This document shows, in pieces, positions 24,861-38,700 of a stretch of 50,515 bases of DNA (position 1 is its first letter; each line of letters starts with the position of its first letter). The stretch comes from Tubiluchus corallicola (lineage: Eukaryota; Animalia; Priapulida). The stretch lies in assembly GCA_030141605.1 (NCBI GenBank), contig JAQGDQ010001272.1, forward strand, positions 1-50,515. Reading direction: 5' to 3'. The position numbers were made by a program, and so were the translations under genes. The notes under the pieces were generated by a model. The model was not told the DNA's origin. It saw nothing but the letters and a program-made list of their open reading frames with translations, and ran no database searches.

Positions 24861-26089
24861 TGGCCCTGACTACATAAACGTATGCCATCCACGACTTCGC
24901 CGCATAACCGAAACCTTTTTTTATCGATGTTTGAAGATGACTGGATGTCTGCTGCCATTGCACTGAAACTGAGTTATAATAAAATTATAACTATCTAGAT
25001 AGAATTGGTGGACAAATGGGCAGCAGTTAGCCAAACTTAAATAGCTATATTATAGTTTAATTGATATTTTTGAACTGATAAGTGCAGAACTAAAATAAGA
25101 GCTCAAACCTCAAATATGTAATGTCCAACCTGAAGAAGCTGGGCAAACTTCATTATTAATGTATATTGTAGAAGAGGGGAACAAACTTCACATAATACAT
25201 TACAGATGAACTTATTAGATTCTCATAGCAGACAATAAAAACTAATAACAGGTACAAAAACGAATAATTTGCTATAACTGGCATGATTTATTTTTACAAC
25301 ATAAGAATTGCTGGCAGATGGCTTTATTAAAAAAATTAATCTGCTTTCTTTTACTTATATGTGCCTATACTGCTGTATTCCATTCTTTCATAAATATGTA
25401 TCCATACTATATTATACATCTTAATGCAAACGCATTAAATAAATTAGGAAAGCAGCTGATAACGATTTATTTTTTTTTAATTTAGCATTTCACTGCAAAA
25501 AACACCAATATACATAATTTATTGACCAATAAAATTATGACTTTCTAAACAACAAAAACAATAAATTTTATTTTGAACAACTAGATTACGCATAACAACA
25601 ATTAGTCAATTAAAAACAGATTTGGTAATGAACTGATACCATCACAAAATTTCATGATACTAAAAGGTTTATAGTAACACCATTTAATTATTTAAACAAC
25701 AACTATCTACACAAGACTATTTTTTACTATTGATATTCTCACTACTTTCACTACGGTATCATACATAATAATAATTTATCACTAATTACGTAAACATGTA
25801 GCCGTACATCCTAGCGATACAAGTTCATAAGTTATCATATTTTGAAATCACTTAAGATAGGCTGCAATTGTGACATCACAAATTTTCCGGAGTCGTTTCG
25901 ACAACACCTCTTTCAACGGCGCTTTCCTCTCCTTTTATATATTATTGATAAAAATAAATGTTGGTTTCTTATTCACAGCCATGCTAGCTACTGATTCTCA
26001 AAAAATGTCCCACGTGTGTCAGTCAGATTTTAATGTAAATGAACTCGACACATCTTCGGTTACGATTACATAATTATTTGTATAATCAT

Positions 26090-26504
26090 TAGGGGTGAGC
26101 ATCGAATTCGAACGCTCGAATTCGAATGCTCGAATTCGATTCGAACGAGTTTTTCAGTTCGAACTCGATTCGAATCCAAAACTATAGATTCGAATAATTC
26201 AGCACTTCAATCACACATGTTCTTTATCACTAAAACGACTGAAACATCATGCAATTAGCATAATTTAGCTGTGATTTCTGCGCACAACTTTAAACAAATT
26301 ACTAGTTGTTTTATTGCAGAACAAAATCTAGTGATACACATGATCTTTGTAAGACTAATTTTTACTGGTGGTTCGAAAACTTGTTCGAAAATCTTTCAAT
26401 CTCAATTTGAATTCGAAATACTGAAATTCGGTGCGATTCGAATTCGAAAGTCACAAATTCGGTTCAATTCGAATTCGCTTTCTGGTAGAGAATGCTCACC
26501 CCTA
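26090..26504. mobile_element. hAT MITE rich in TTCGAA motifs
   Basis: TIR TAGGGGTGAGCAT...ATGCTCACCCCTA; perfect 8-bp TSD ATAATCAT. Confidence 0.92.
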
Positions 26505-26917
26505 ATAATCATGCTATAATTCCATTATAAAGAAATCAGTTACTCAATAAATAACAAATTATTGTAATCAAAAAAAATTAATTACATGAATAGATTGTTT
26601 TAATAAATTATACCTGTATCACTAGAACACTAAATAAAATAAACATTAAAATGAAAACAATATATACTATGATAGCAGCCGCTATTACTATACAACTGCA
26701 TAAACTAGCATGTCCTAAATTTTGTCACCAAACAGCAGTGGAATAAAACTTAGCAAGAAATCAATATCTATTACTTAATAAGTTAATACTAATTTCAAGT
26801 TTCGATACAGCTAAGTAGTAATAGCATTCAATAAAAACAGAAGTATTGAGGTATTCAAAAAGTGATGACATTCACGCAAACATCATAAACAAAAGTTTCG
26901 AATCAGAAATAATCTAT

Positions 26918-27023
26918 TCAAGCATCCAGATCAAGATTCTCTAGGAGACGGTCAAGCATTTCGAGTTTTGCATCGGCTTCTGCAATTTCGCTGTACGTTT
27001 GAACATTTCTGCTTATGTGGTAC
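26918..27023 (-). CDS. ABTB1: ABTB1 terminal coding exon ([34 protein letters not shown])
   Basis: aaag| acceptor in phase 2, TGA at 26918-26920; matches the ABTB1 C-terminus VQTYSAIEEA. Confidence 0.92.
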
Positions 27024-30000
27024 CTTTAATGTAAAAAATACAAATATGTGGTCATTTTGACATGGCACTTACTTTGCCTAAGGTTTAGTATTGCTTTAAA
27101 TACAAAAGAGCTTAGTTGAGCTGTTCCAAAAAAAGAGACTGAATGCTGAGTAGCTTAGTGACTGCTACCAAGGGCTGGCTTACAAGTATCGAGCAGGGAT
27201 GAGAATGACAAATTACAAAAAACTCTGAAACAGGCCGGAGGTTTGGGGGCTGCGTAGGCCCCCATGGGGGTTCAAGGGGGCAAAGCAACAAATTGCAATT
27301 TTGTGACCATAGAAAGCCTCTAAGTGGACTTAAAATATCAGTTACCTTGTTTTATGCATAATTTAAAATACCCAACTATCAAGGACACATGATACCTAAA
27401 AATGTCTCAAAAAGTCCACTGGCCACTCCTATGCAAAAGTATATAGAAACTGTCTGCAATTGACTCAAATAACTCCGCACAATTGATTCTATATTTTTAT
27501 ACATAGAGATCTACACGTGGTTACACTGATGTATGTGATGTAAACAAAGTGACGGCCTGCCAACTAACGGTCAGCTTGTGAAATAATGTCCTGGGTCCGT
27601 AAAAATTTTATCAACGAATTTACGCGATTTACAAAAATGGCACTACTGGTCTTCCAAAAACTCGGAATTCCGAGTATCCGCGGAAAATTCTCATCCCTGG
27701 TATCGAGTATAGTGAAAAAATTTTGGTAATAAAGTGGGCGCTGCTTAACAAATTCACTTTAGGAAGGAAGTGTTTTGACCCAATTAACCAACTGAATCTA
27801 TTAGCTGATGGGAGTAGTATTACTAGACAAAAGTACGAATCATCACTTACCAGCTTAGCATGTACGACAAAGGCAGCAAGAACTTTAAGTATTAGGTCTT
27901 TATACGATTTTAGATTTTAGATTTAATATTTTATTTCAAACTTTACAAAGTTCATATACACATCACAAATTAATACAATAAATCATGAAACACAACAATA
28001 ACACAAATAACAATTAACGATATAACAAACTACGCCAATGACGTCTAATTACAGAAGTAAAGTTTACATCACTGTTTAAAATGTTCTTGCATATAAAATT
28101 TTCACTCTTATTCAGCCTGACGTATAAACTGTATGCACATTTTCTGTGCATCACATCAAAATAAATAATATTAAGTCTAGTAGAAATATATCTGGCGCTC
28201 GTATCATATGAAAAGTTAAACAGCTTCCGTGTTGATACATTATATGCAACCTTGAGTTTGCTAAGATTGTAAGAATAAAAATGTCTCCACTCCAAGTGGA
28301 CATACAATAAAAAGTAGTGCAGTAAGTATTAAACAATTGTCTCTGCACTTTAACTGAACAGTGAGTAAATTTCATGAGTAATTTATTTGCTCTACCATAG
28401 TAAATTGAACATTGTCGTAATATATCTAAATCAGGGGTGTACAAATTATCTGACTAGCCGGGCCACATTAAACATTCCCGCAATTCCTGCGGGCCACATG
28501 CAGTTTGATCAAGGAGCCAAGTACAGAAAGGTCTTTTTTTGCATCCGATTTGCGCACATCATTACTACTGCACTACTACACCCAAGAAACTATTTTAGAT
28601 GTTATTAAAATTTATATTAAAAACCATACATTTCGTAATGTCCGACAGTGACATTAAGTGACAACGGTCTTATAAGAGTTAATGCCATCCGACCTAGAGG
28701 AAAAAACTACCAGCACTATCTTTGCGATATTGGCGCAGACTTCAACTGGATCACGTGGGCCGCACTTTCATTACATTGACAAATCTCTTCGCGGGCCGCA
28801 CAAGATATCTCGGCAGGCCGCAGTTTGCACACCCCTGATCTAGATCATCTCTATTGTCATCTGATAAAATATGACCCAGATATTTTTCCTTTTTTACTAC
28901 ATACAAAACTTTTACACTTACGTGACATATGTCAAAATTAACTCTATGCTCTTAGTCGCTCTAAGATGTTTACGCTTGTAAAGTCGCAAAGAATACTGGC
29001 AGATGACTGCTGCTGCATCTGTCGCATAACGGCAACGGTTAAGTAATTAAATGTTTTTGAAAAGCAGCAAGAGCAGCAAAAACAAACCGCTAGACACGTG
29101 ATCAACAGTTTGGATTCTAAAAATTATTGGGCAACTAGGTTACTTGCAGTGAATAAGCAGATGACAGATTTAAAGCAGAACAACTAGCTAGCATATTAGC
29201 GCATGATAAATGTACCTACCTTCAAATAAAATAGTACATGACTGTTTTATGAGTAAAGAGTTTAGGTGTTGTTCACAGATTGCACAAGTCTTATCTCTCC
29301 TTTATAAAATTACTGCAAAACCTGTATAGCTAAATGTTTGTCTTATCAGTATATTGAGATTTTATTATTTAGTATTATTGTCCAAGTCAGTAGATTTGTT
29401 CTTAATCAATAAGCCTAGAAATAATGAAGTTGAACTCAAATCAAAATGGTTTTAACTCCTCCTGTTGTTGATTAATAGCATTATTAACCCAAAGTGTTTT
29501 TATCATTTCATAACAATTTTGACCTATATTTCACATAAAATCTAAGTGCAATTTTTAGTTTAATCAAGATTGACCTTATTTTGCTGCCCGCTAATTAAAC
29601 TACACGTATATTCTTTTCTCTGGATTATATAGAAAATGTCATAATTTTAAAAATTACTAATGTTTCCTAAATTAAACTGATAACATTAATGCCCACCAGT
29701 GTCTAAAAATCTTTTTATCTATATTCAGTAAAGGATAGCAGACTAGGTGACTTTATAGTCTTTTCACTATCATTTCTCTAGTTCTAGATCTATCTATACA
29801 TTTTAACCATTTTCAAAATTTATTAGAGATTCTTTTATTTATCATATTTTATTGTAATACTATAAAGAGATAAATAAATTGAAATTGAATTGAATTGAAA
29901 ATTTCTATGTACGTTATACTGCACTAAAGCACGGCAAAAATGACTAAAACTAGTAAAAGCATTTTGGCCTCACACGTGTCTTATTTTAAGTACCAGAAAC

Positions 30001-32695
30001 AAAAAAATTTAGTCAATTATGCAAAATTTCTTTAGTCAATTGCCGACAGTGTTTATGTACATTTAAATAGAAACGGGTATTGTTACTTGAAACTAAGCAA
30101 TTAAAGAACTCGAAATTAGAACGAAGGGCCTTGCTATTGTCGCAGCAAAATGTGAAGATTGAATATTGCCCTGGAAATAAAAACCCTGCGGATCATTATA
30201 GCCGGTTACCTATGAACAAGATGGAACCGCAATTGAGAAAAGAATGTACAAAAAGAGAATAAGATGCTAGGTTGCGCCGCATAGAGCGAAAGAGTGAAAT
30301 TAGAGAAATCGCCACTAACTATAGATGAGAATACCGAGTCCATAGAGGTTCATAGCCCCTGAGGGCACAGCTGTCAGCCGAACCATGGACACTAGGTCAT
30401 TAACGCGAGAACAAATTGATACAGAAAGGGTTCCGTCTGCTAAATCGTCTGAGTTATTGTTTCCGAAAAATTATTGTTACCAGATATTTTTAAGTCAGTT
30501 AGGTGACTGATTCTATTAACCGTGAGTCTAATAAACGATGCCCACTGTACAAAATTTTCTTTTTTCATGAAATTTGATTAAATAATGTACATTTTTCTAG
30601 TGATTGTTTGCAATGTTTGGTGTTCATCTTACGACACCAAGATCTATGCGTTATCATATGGAAAAAGTGCTAATGTACATACCTTACATTGTCGACAACA
30701 TCAATTGAATCAGTTTCCTCTCGTTCTTTTATATTCCTCGCATCTTCTACGATAACGTTTTTGAAATCACCGTTTTTCACCATCACCTCTAGATTACTTG
30801 CGACAAATTCTGTACAAATTGCCTCTAATCTTGGCAAATCAAAACCTCTAGCAGTTCTTAGCATGTTAATAACGTTTCCGACATCGACATGTTGTGCCAA
30901 CTTAACCCCGCATTGTCGTTTCAGCCCTGGCAACAACAACATGTCGGCTGCACATAGAACATCATACACACAGTCTGCAGTGAGCGGTGCACTGTCCGAG
31001 TATATGTAATAAACGATACAAGTAAACACATCTGCTGACAGATTGTTGACATGAACAACGGGCACGCCAGTGTCGGCATGGCAACTGATCTCATTAAAAT
31101 GATCTTGCAGCAAAATTCGGAAATACTCGCAGCGGCTGCAGAAAAACAGTTTGTGACACATGAAATAATGGTCCTCCACGCAGAAGCAGATGTCGGCGAA
31201 GGGGGCGCGTTCACTAGGATAGAATGGAAGTTCGCTACCACTGACCCAATGCGCTAGTTCAATGGGTAATGACTGCTCCGCTAACACGCCGAGATCGTCT
31301 TGAAGTCGAGTTGAGTCATGCTCTTCTTCGATGCTGATAACAGTAACATTTGTTCCCGGTTTTGTCGTTTCAAATGCTTGAGCATTGTGACACTTTTCTT
31401 CAAGCGATTCAACAAGATCATACAGCTTGCATTGTTTTGCTAACATCAGTACCATCTCAACTTGGTCTACGGGAACTTCAAGCATGCCTAAACAAACAGT
31501 GCAGTAGCAGAATATATCACGCACAGCAAAAAATTAAGGAACAAAGACGAAATATAATTGCTAACAACAAGCTTACACATTATCATATAATATCATTACA
31601 AATGTTCAATTTTCGCCTTTGCATTTTCATTTATAAAAAGAATTTGTATTTATTACAATGAACTATCGGAAAAGTAAATAAAAAGCATTGAGTTCTATAG
31701 GTTTTACATGTCAAATGTAGACCTGTGTTAACTCAAATGTAGATTTAGGTAGTTCAAATGTGTCTTGGTAACTCAAATGTAGACTTTGGTAGTTCAAATG
31801 TAGACTTAGGTAGTTCAAATGTGTTAACAATGCTTTTCAACAAATCTTAAGCATTTTTGGTAAGTCAAATGTAGATACATGTCAAGTCAAATGTGACATT
31901 GGTATCTCAAATGTGGATAGGTGTTAAAGTTTAAGGATTTTAAATTTAATCTTCTTTAATTTCAATTTAATAATTGCTCCTAAGTTAAAATAACAACGTT
32001 ATGGGCCTACTAATAGATGCACTATCTTTGGTTTATCTTTTTCTAATTTGCACTTAAATAACTTAATTACCGATTTATTCAAAGTAATGCATCTACATTT
32101 GACTTACCTAAGTCACATTTGAGATACCAAAACACATTCGAAATTCCTATGTCTACATTTGACTTACCTAAGTCACACTTGAGCTTTCCTGTGTCTACAT
32201 TTGACTTACCTAAGTCACATTTGAGATACCAAAACACATTCGAAATTCCTATGTCTACATTTGACTTACCTAAGTCACACTTGAGCTTTCCTGTGTCTAC
32301 ATTTGACTTGTAAAAATTAAAAATAAAAGTCTGCACATGCATCAGATAGAATAGTATACAGCTACGTAACTAAAAACAATCAAGAAATATCCACTATACA
32401 TTAACGACATTAAAAATATAGACATAATGACTGAAAGTTTAGGTTTTAACTTCTTTGAAGAAATATATACTTTTTCCATAAAAGGGCGCAAAAATTTTCT
32501 AAAATTACTTTTGCCAAATTTTCCCCATTGCTTTTGTAGATTTGTGTTATCAGTTTCCATGATGTTTAATATCACAACTGAAGAAGCTACACTTTATCTT
32601 TGCTTTGTGTTGAAAAATAACGGATAAAAAGCTTTCCGCATCAACGTAATTGCATTCCCGCATAATAATTATATCTAATATAATAATATAATAAT

Positions 32696-32726
<31 letters not shown>

Positions 32727-35700
32727 TTGACAAGAAAGATGACAACAATGACAGGACATGCAATATCGACAACGCTAACAACAACAACAACAACAACATC
32801 AACAACATTGACAAGAAAGATGACAACGATGACAGGACATGCAATATCGACAACGCTAACAACAACAACAACAACAACATCAACAACATTAACAAGAAAG
32901 ATGACAACGATGACAGGACATGCAATATCGACAACGCTAACAACAACAACAACAACAACAACAACATCAACAACATTGACAAGAAAGATGACAACGATGA
33001 CAGGACATGCAATATCGACAGCACTAACAACAACAAACAACAACATCAACAACATTGACAAGAAAGATGACAACGATGACAGGACATGCAATATCGACAA
33101 CGCTAACAACAACAAACAACAACATCAACAACATTGACAAGAAAGATGACAACGATAACAGGACATGCAATATCGACAATGCTAACAACAACAAACAACA
33201 ACATCAACAACATTGACAAGAAAGACGACAACGATGACAGGACATGCAATATCGACAGCACTAACAACAACAAACAACAACATCAACAACATTGACAAGA
33301 AAGATGACAACGATGACAGGACATGCAATATCGACAACGCTAACAACAACAACAACAACAACAAACAACAACATCAACAACATTAACAAGAAAGATGACA
33401 ACGATGACAGGACATGCAATATCGACAACGCTAACAACAACAACAACAACAACAACAGCAACAACATTGACAAGAAAGATGACAACGGCGACAGGACATG
33501 CAATAATGACAACACTAACAACATCAACAACATTATAAAAAATTATTGTAATTTCTGCCTAAAATATGACAATTCCAGGCGCAGCAGCAACATTCGTCTA
33601 GGTCATTTCATACTAAAGCAAACATAATTACAACAAATACCCCTTTTTACTATGTATACCAAAAGCATAGATTTCTTAGCTGTGTGTAAGGAACCACGTA
33701 ACTTCTGCTTGGTAGACTCGACTAGCTAAATGCACTTACATTCTTTAAAAGTTCCATTTCATAGCCGGGATAAAGGAAAACGATACACGAAAATGCTTTA
33801 AGAATATCGGAAAATTTCCGATTTTTTTTGTGAGATCCCACGCGGCAAGAAAGTTCGTTTCTCGGTGAAACCATGCGGTTTTTTTTTCGCATGTCCGTTG
33901 CAGCTACTTTGCAAATTGCAGGTTTCTAGCTATCACTCATCAACAAGGACAACGAAAACGAATGTCACGTTTTTACTAAGTGCTTATTACTATTACTATG
34001 CTTTTAATTACTCTTGTAGTGGGTGCATAGGCCCTTTTTTGCTTTTAATTAGTTTTCAATTACTGCCACGGTGCTGCCACCTATTTGTTGATTTAGTAGG
34101 CATTTAGCTTTTTACAGTAGTCACCTTTTAAAATTGAAGCACCTAATACCCTTGAATACATTAGCATTTTGGCCTTTCACGAGCTATAGCTGTAGTAGTT
34201 GTATGACATTTTACCCGTCTTTTGGTTCTCTCCGCCATTGCTCTATTTTTCTGTCTGTGATGAGCATAATGACTGTGAATTTCTTACGAAGTTATTGTTG
34301 TGACATTGTTGTTCTTAAGGCTATTTGGAATATTCATTCCTGTCTTTGTAACTGTTAAAGGCTCTAACAACGTAAGTTATTGTTAATTAATTTCAATATA
34401 GTCTACGTAATTTTTATATCAGTACTTAGTTACAGCAATACATTTAATCATGTGACTAATTTTCTTCTACTCAATGCAAATTAAACTAAATGTTAATAAT
34501 TGTCTTTCAGAATAAAGAAACTTTTGCTCAACACGTTAAACTGGTGTTTTGTGTCCATTTCAATTGTCGTTATTGGGTGCTACCAAAAAAAAATTAAGAC
34601 AGAATCGTGGTGCTGTTGCTACCTGTTTCATTCTCCCCAAGAAATTTTGCCTCGCATCCTCACTGTGAAATAGGCCTAAAAGATACCACTTATGAAGTTT
34701 AGTCGAAATGTAGTTGGGAAGTCATTTACTTTTCTTGCTTTTGTACATCAAAATATTATTAGTTAGGCAACTTAATAACTTCACTAGCAAAGGCCCCGCA
34801 AAAAATTTTGCGTATAAATACACATATAATCAAAAATACGCGAACATCCTACATAGTCCTCATATATAACATGCAAAGACAGCAGCAGCTTTTACTGAAT
34901 TAAAGTTATAAGGTTATAGACAGAGTATAATGGATGAAGTCAGAACAATGGCTTTGCGTCAGCAGTTTTCTAAGCGAAAATTGCCGAAAATAGAACATCT
35001 AATCAACTCGTCGGTACTCCTCTTGGTGGACGTGTCCTAAAATATAGCCCACATCATTGTGTAGTCCTGTCCTTCCTCCTTCTAAAGAGCCATGTATCTC
35101 CTTCCAAGAGTCCCACCAGGCACCGCTAGAACGGTTTTTCTGCATGATGTTTGACAAAAATTTCGAAAAAATCACGAGTTGGGTCCGGGAAAACGCCCGT
35201 TACGGGACGCCGTGGCCCTCTCGTGAATTCTAAATATGCCTATGACACACACCGCTGCACGGGCTATCTATCCATAGCCAGCACCACCCATTGCCCGTTC
35301 CCGTTTTTCAGATCTCAGACGTATAACTTTTGCAAAAAACGGCCGAAAAATGGCCATCGAAAAATAAACCCCCAATGGACGACACTAGATCGAGACCTTT
35401 TGTTTGATGAATAGATCGCCGTAAATGGTGCCGTCGTGCGAGCTGTAGCCACGAATCTTATATATTAAGCCCACACCAGTAGAATTAATATATACGATCA
35501 CAGTTCTTATTGTCTACATACACTTTCATCAGGCTAAGTAACTATATACTCTAAGCTATTCTAATATACCTGTATAAATATATTGCAAAATAAGTCTAAA
35601 TGCATATGGCTGAACTAGAGGATGAGAAAGTTGTATCTCTTCACGTTCTTGCCATTTGTTCATAAACATTTCTGAAAATAAATGACAATAAGTTTAATAA

Positions 35701-38700
35701 GTTTATAATATTTCAGATTTTTTATAGCAAAGACACATATTCAGTTGTTTTTACTCGGACTTTTCGCACAAAAAAATTGTTTCACAATCCTTGCAAAATT
35801 AAAACACTTTGGCACACTGCAACATGGGTGTTTAACACTCAGATGAAGGACCCACACGATTTCCAGACATTTATAACATTTCCAATATAATGTTAGAAAA
35901 TTTGTTAATTCAAGTCAGGTGTGAAGGGAAATTGAGTCAGCCGTTTTCTACAAACAAAGGAGTACCTCAGGGTGACTGCCTAAGCCCTGTACTGTCCACT
36001 TTATATCTTGCCATAGCTCTCACTGAGGACAAAGTTATACCATTGAAAGACCTAGAAGATCACAACTGCACAATCCTTGATCCTGAATTAATCCCGAATG
36101 AAGTAAGACAAGAACACAGTTACAGCTCTCTACAAAGTACGCCAACTACGATATCAATGCAGTATGCTGATGATGTGGCATGGATTACAAGAAACAAAGA
36201 AGAAGTAGATGAAATAAAAAACTCAATAGAGGAGAAACTGAACAGAATGGATCTCGTTGCAAACAAAAATAAAACTGAAGAGTTTCACATAACACGCCAT
36301 GGTGATGAATCATGGCAAAGATGCAAGTATCTCGGCAGTCTGCTGGCAACAGAAGACGACATATCAAGACGGAAGATAATGGCATTATCAGTTTACTCAA
36401 AACTCACAAAAGTTTTTGAGAATAGGAAGATTTCCAGCATAGCTCTTTACCAAAGCTATCCCTCTAAATGAGCCACCGAAGAGGCATGGGGATCTCAGCC
36501 ACGTTCTGATGTATATCCATTCCTCTGCAAGGTAACAGCCAAGGAACCACCAGTATAGGTGGTATCATGACCATCCCTCTGCAAGGTAACAGCCAAGGAA
36601 CCACCGGTATAGGTGGTATCATGACCATCCCTCTGCAAGGTAACAGCCAAGGAACCACCGGTATAGGTGGTATCATGACCATCCCTCTGCAAGGTAACAG
36701 CCAAGGAACCACTGGTATGGGTGGTATCATGACCATCCCTCTGTATGGTAACAGCCAAGGAACCACCAGTATAAGTGGTATCATGACCATCCCTCTGCAA
36801 GGTAACAGCCAAGGAACCACCGGTATAGGTGGCATCATGACCATCCCTCTGCAAAGTAACAGCCAAGGAACCACCGGTATAGGTGGCATCATGACCCGAG
36901 AGCTAATATCAAACTCAAGCACATGAAAGCTTGCACACCTGTCTGCATTATATAATACTAATACAGGTCATCTGGTAAAAACATATCATTTGTACAAGTA
37001 CTACAAATAGGAACATAACATCTACAGGAGGCAGAGAAGGACGGGTCGGAAACTACCGTTTGCAATTAAAGATAGACATTTGTGCTTCTGCACAGAAAAA
37101 AATTGTTAACTTATTACATTGTAATCTGAAAATATCTTCAAAATTATCTAGAAACTAAGATTATTGGATAACAAGCAGCAAAGCCAAGACAGTCACATAT
37201 AAGAGCATGCTGAATATATTGCAGTTTCCAAGCATTTCATGGCTCTCTAGGCTTGACACGTGATCTTACGGAGTTTCCCAAGAAGAGAAAATTTATTTGG
37301 TTTTAGTAATTTACTTGTCATATTGTTAACTCACATTTTTCACATTGTTAACAAAATAAAAACGCTTGTTATTACAACACGAAACTTGCCTGCAAAGTAC
37401 TGACTCCTGCAGCTTAATATGCACCGATGTGCGGAGAACTTGTGAGAATGTACCGAGAAGCACACATCTGTATAATCGCCACTTTCCAATAACCTATGAA
37501 GAAAAACACTACGTTGAAAACACCGGTTGTCGTCTGATCACTGAAGTTAAGCAACGTAGAGCCTGGTTAGTACTTGGATGGGTGACCGCCTAGGAAAACC
37601 AGGTACTGTAGGCTTGCGGGATGCCCACACTGTATCCCGACACTAGGCGGAGGAGCTGCACAAGCAGCCAACGGCTAGAGGGCGGAGGAGGTCAAGTGAC
37701 TCAACGGCCATGTGTAGAGGAGTAAACCTTCCAAATCAGGAGTGGAGCCCCGAAGGCGGACCAGTGCAGCATGCTCACTAACCACGGCAGCTCCTGCAGC
37801 CAATCTGGTACCAAATGTATCGCTCCGCTTTCTTTTGGACTACACCAGGGAGGAAGAGAGGGGGTTCCTGTTGTCTGGGCAACTCAAGATCTCCATACAC
37901 CTTGCCCAGTCGTGCACCCTGGAGAGGCCACTCCAGTGGTTGAAGGATCGCACTGCTCAGCCACAGTCGACGCTGCAGCTCCATCAATGTGATCAATAAC
38001 TGACTCTCTTGGCGCACACTCCATTGTCTTCCGAGACAGAAGGATGCCAACAACAACGAAAAATATGAATTTAAGTCAAAGCATAAACTGTTATCTACAA
38101 TCATAATATCATACTAAGTAGGTGTTACAATGAAGAAATTGCTACTAAGATCTTACTGTCATCAATAGAATAGAAATAGGCGTGTTTCCCAGGGCTGTAA
38201 GTCTTACTTTAGGTAGTGTGCTCTTCAATATCAATTCGTTAATTTTTCTAGTTTTTGGCTCGTTCCCAATGACAATGAGCATCTATTAGCATATTAAATT
38301 TAATGCAACGAGTTATTCAACACTGGCAGTTATTCAGTATAGTAGTTTATAGTAGTATATACTAGTTGGCATCCTTCAGTCTCGGAAGACAATGGAGTGT
38401 GTGTCAAGAGAGTGCAGTGCGATTCCCTGAACGTCTCCAGGGCGCACGCCTGGGCAAGGTGTATGGAGATCCTGAGTTGCCCAGACAACAGGAACCCCCC
38501 TCTCTTCCTCCCTGGTGTAGTCCAGAGGAAAGCGGAGCGATACGTTGGCTGCAGGAACTGCCGGAGTCAGTGAGCATGTTGCACTGGTCCGCCTTCGGAG
38601 CTCCACTCCTGATTTGGAAGGTTTACTCCTCTACACATGGCCGTTGGGTCACTTGACCTCCTCCGCCCTCTAGCCGTTGGCTGCTTGTGCAGCTCCTCCA

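Noticed and set aside
25789-25838. Possible first exon of the Ig gene (MITYELVSLGCTATCL, phase 1)
   Set aside because: Weak donor and not a convincing signal peptide; cannot be supported without transcripts.
32641-33627. Poly-Leu, poly-Val and poly-Thr ORFs, or a CRISPR-like array
   Set aside because: Translations of an (AAC)n minisatellite; the apparent spacers are simple repeats, and the context is eukaryotic with no cas genes.
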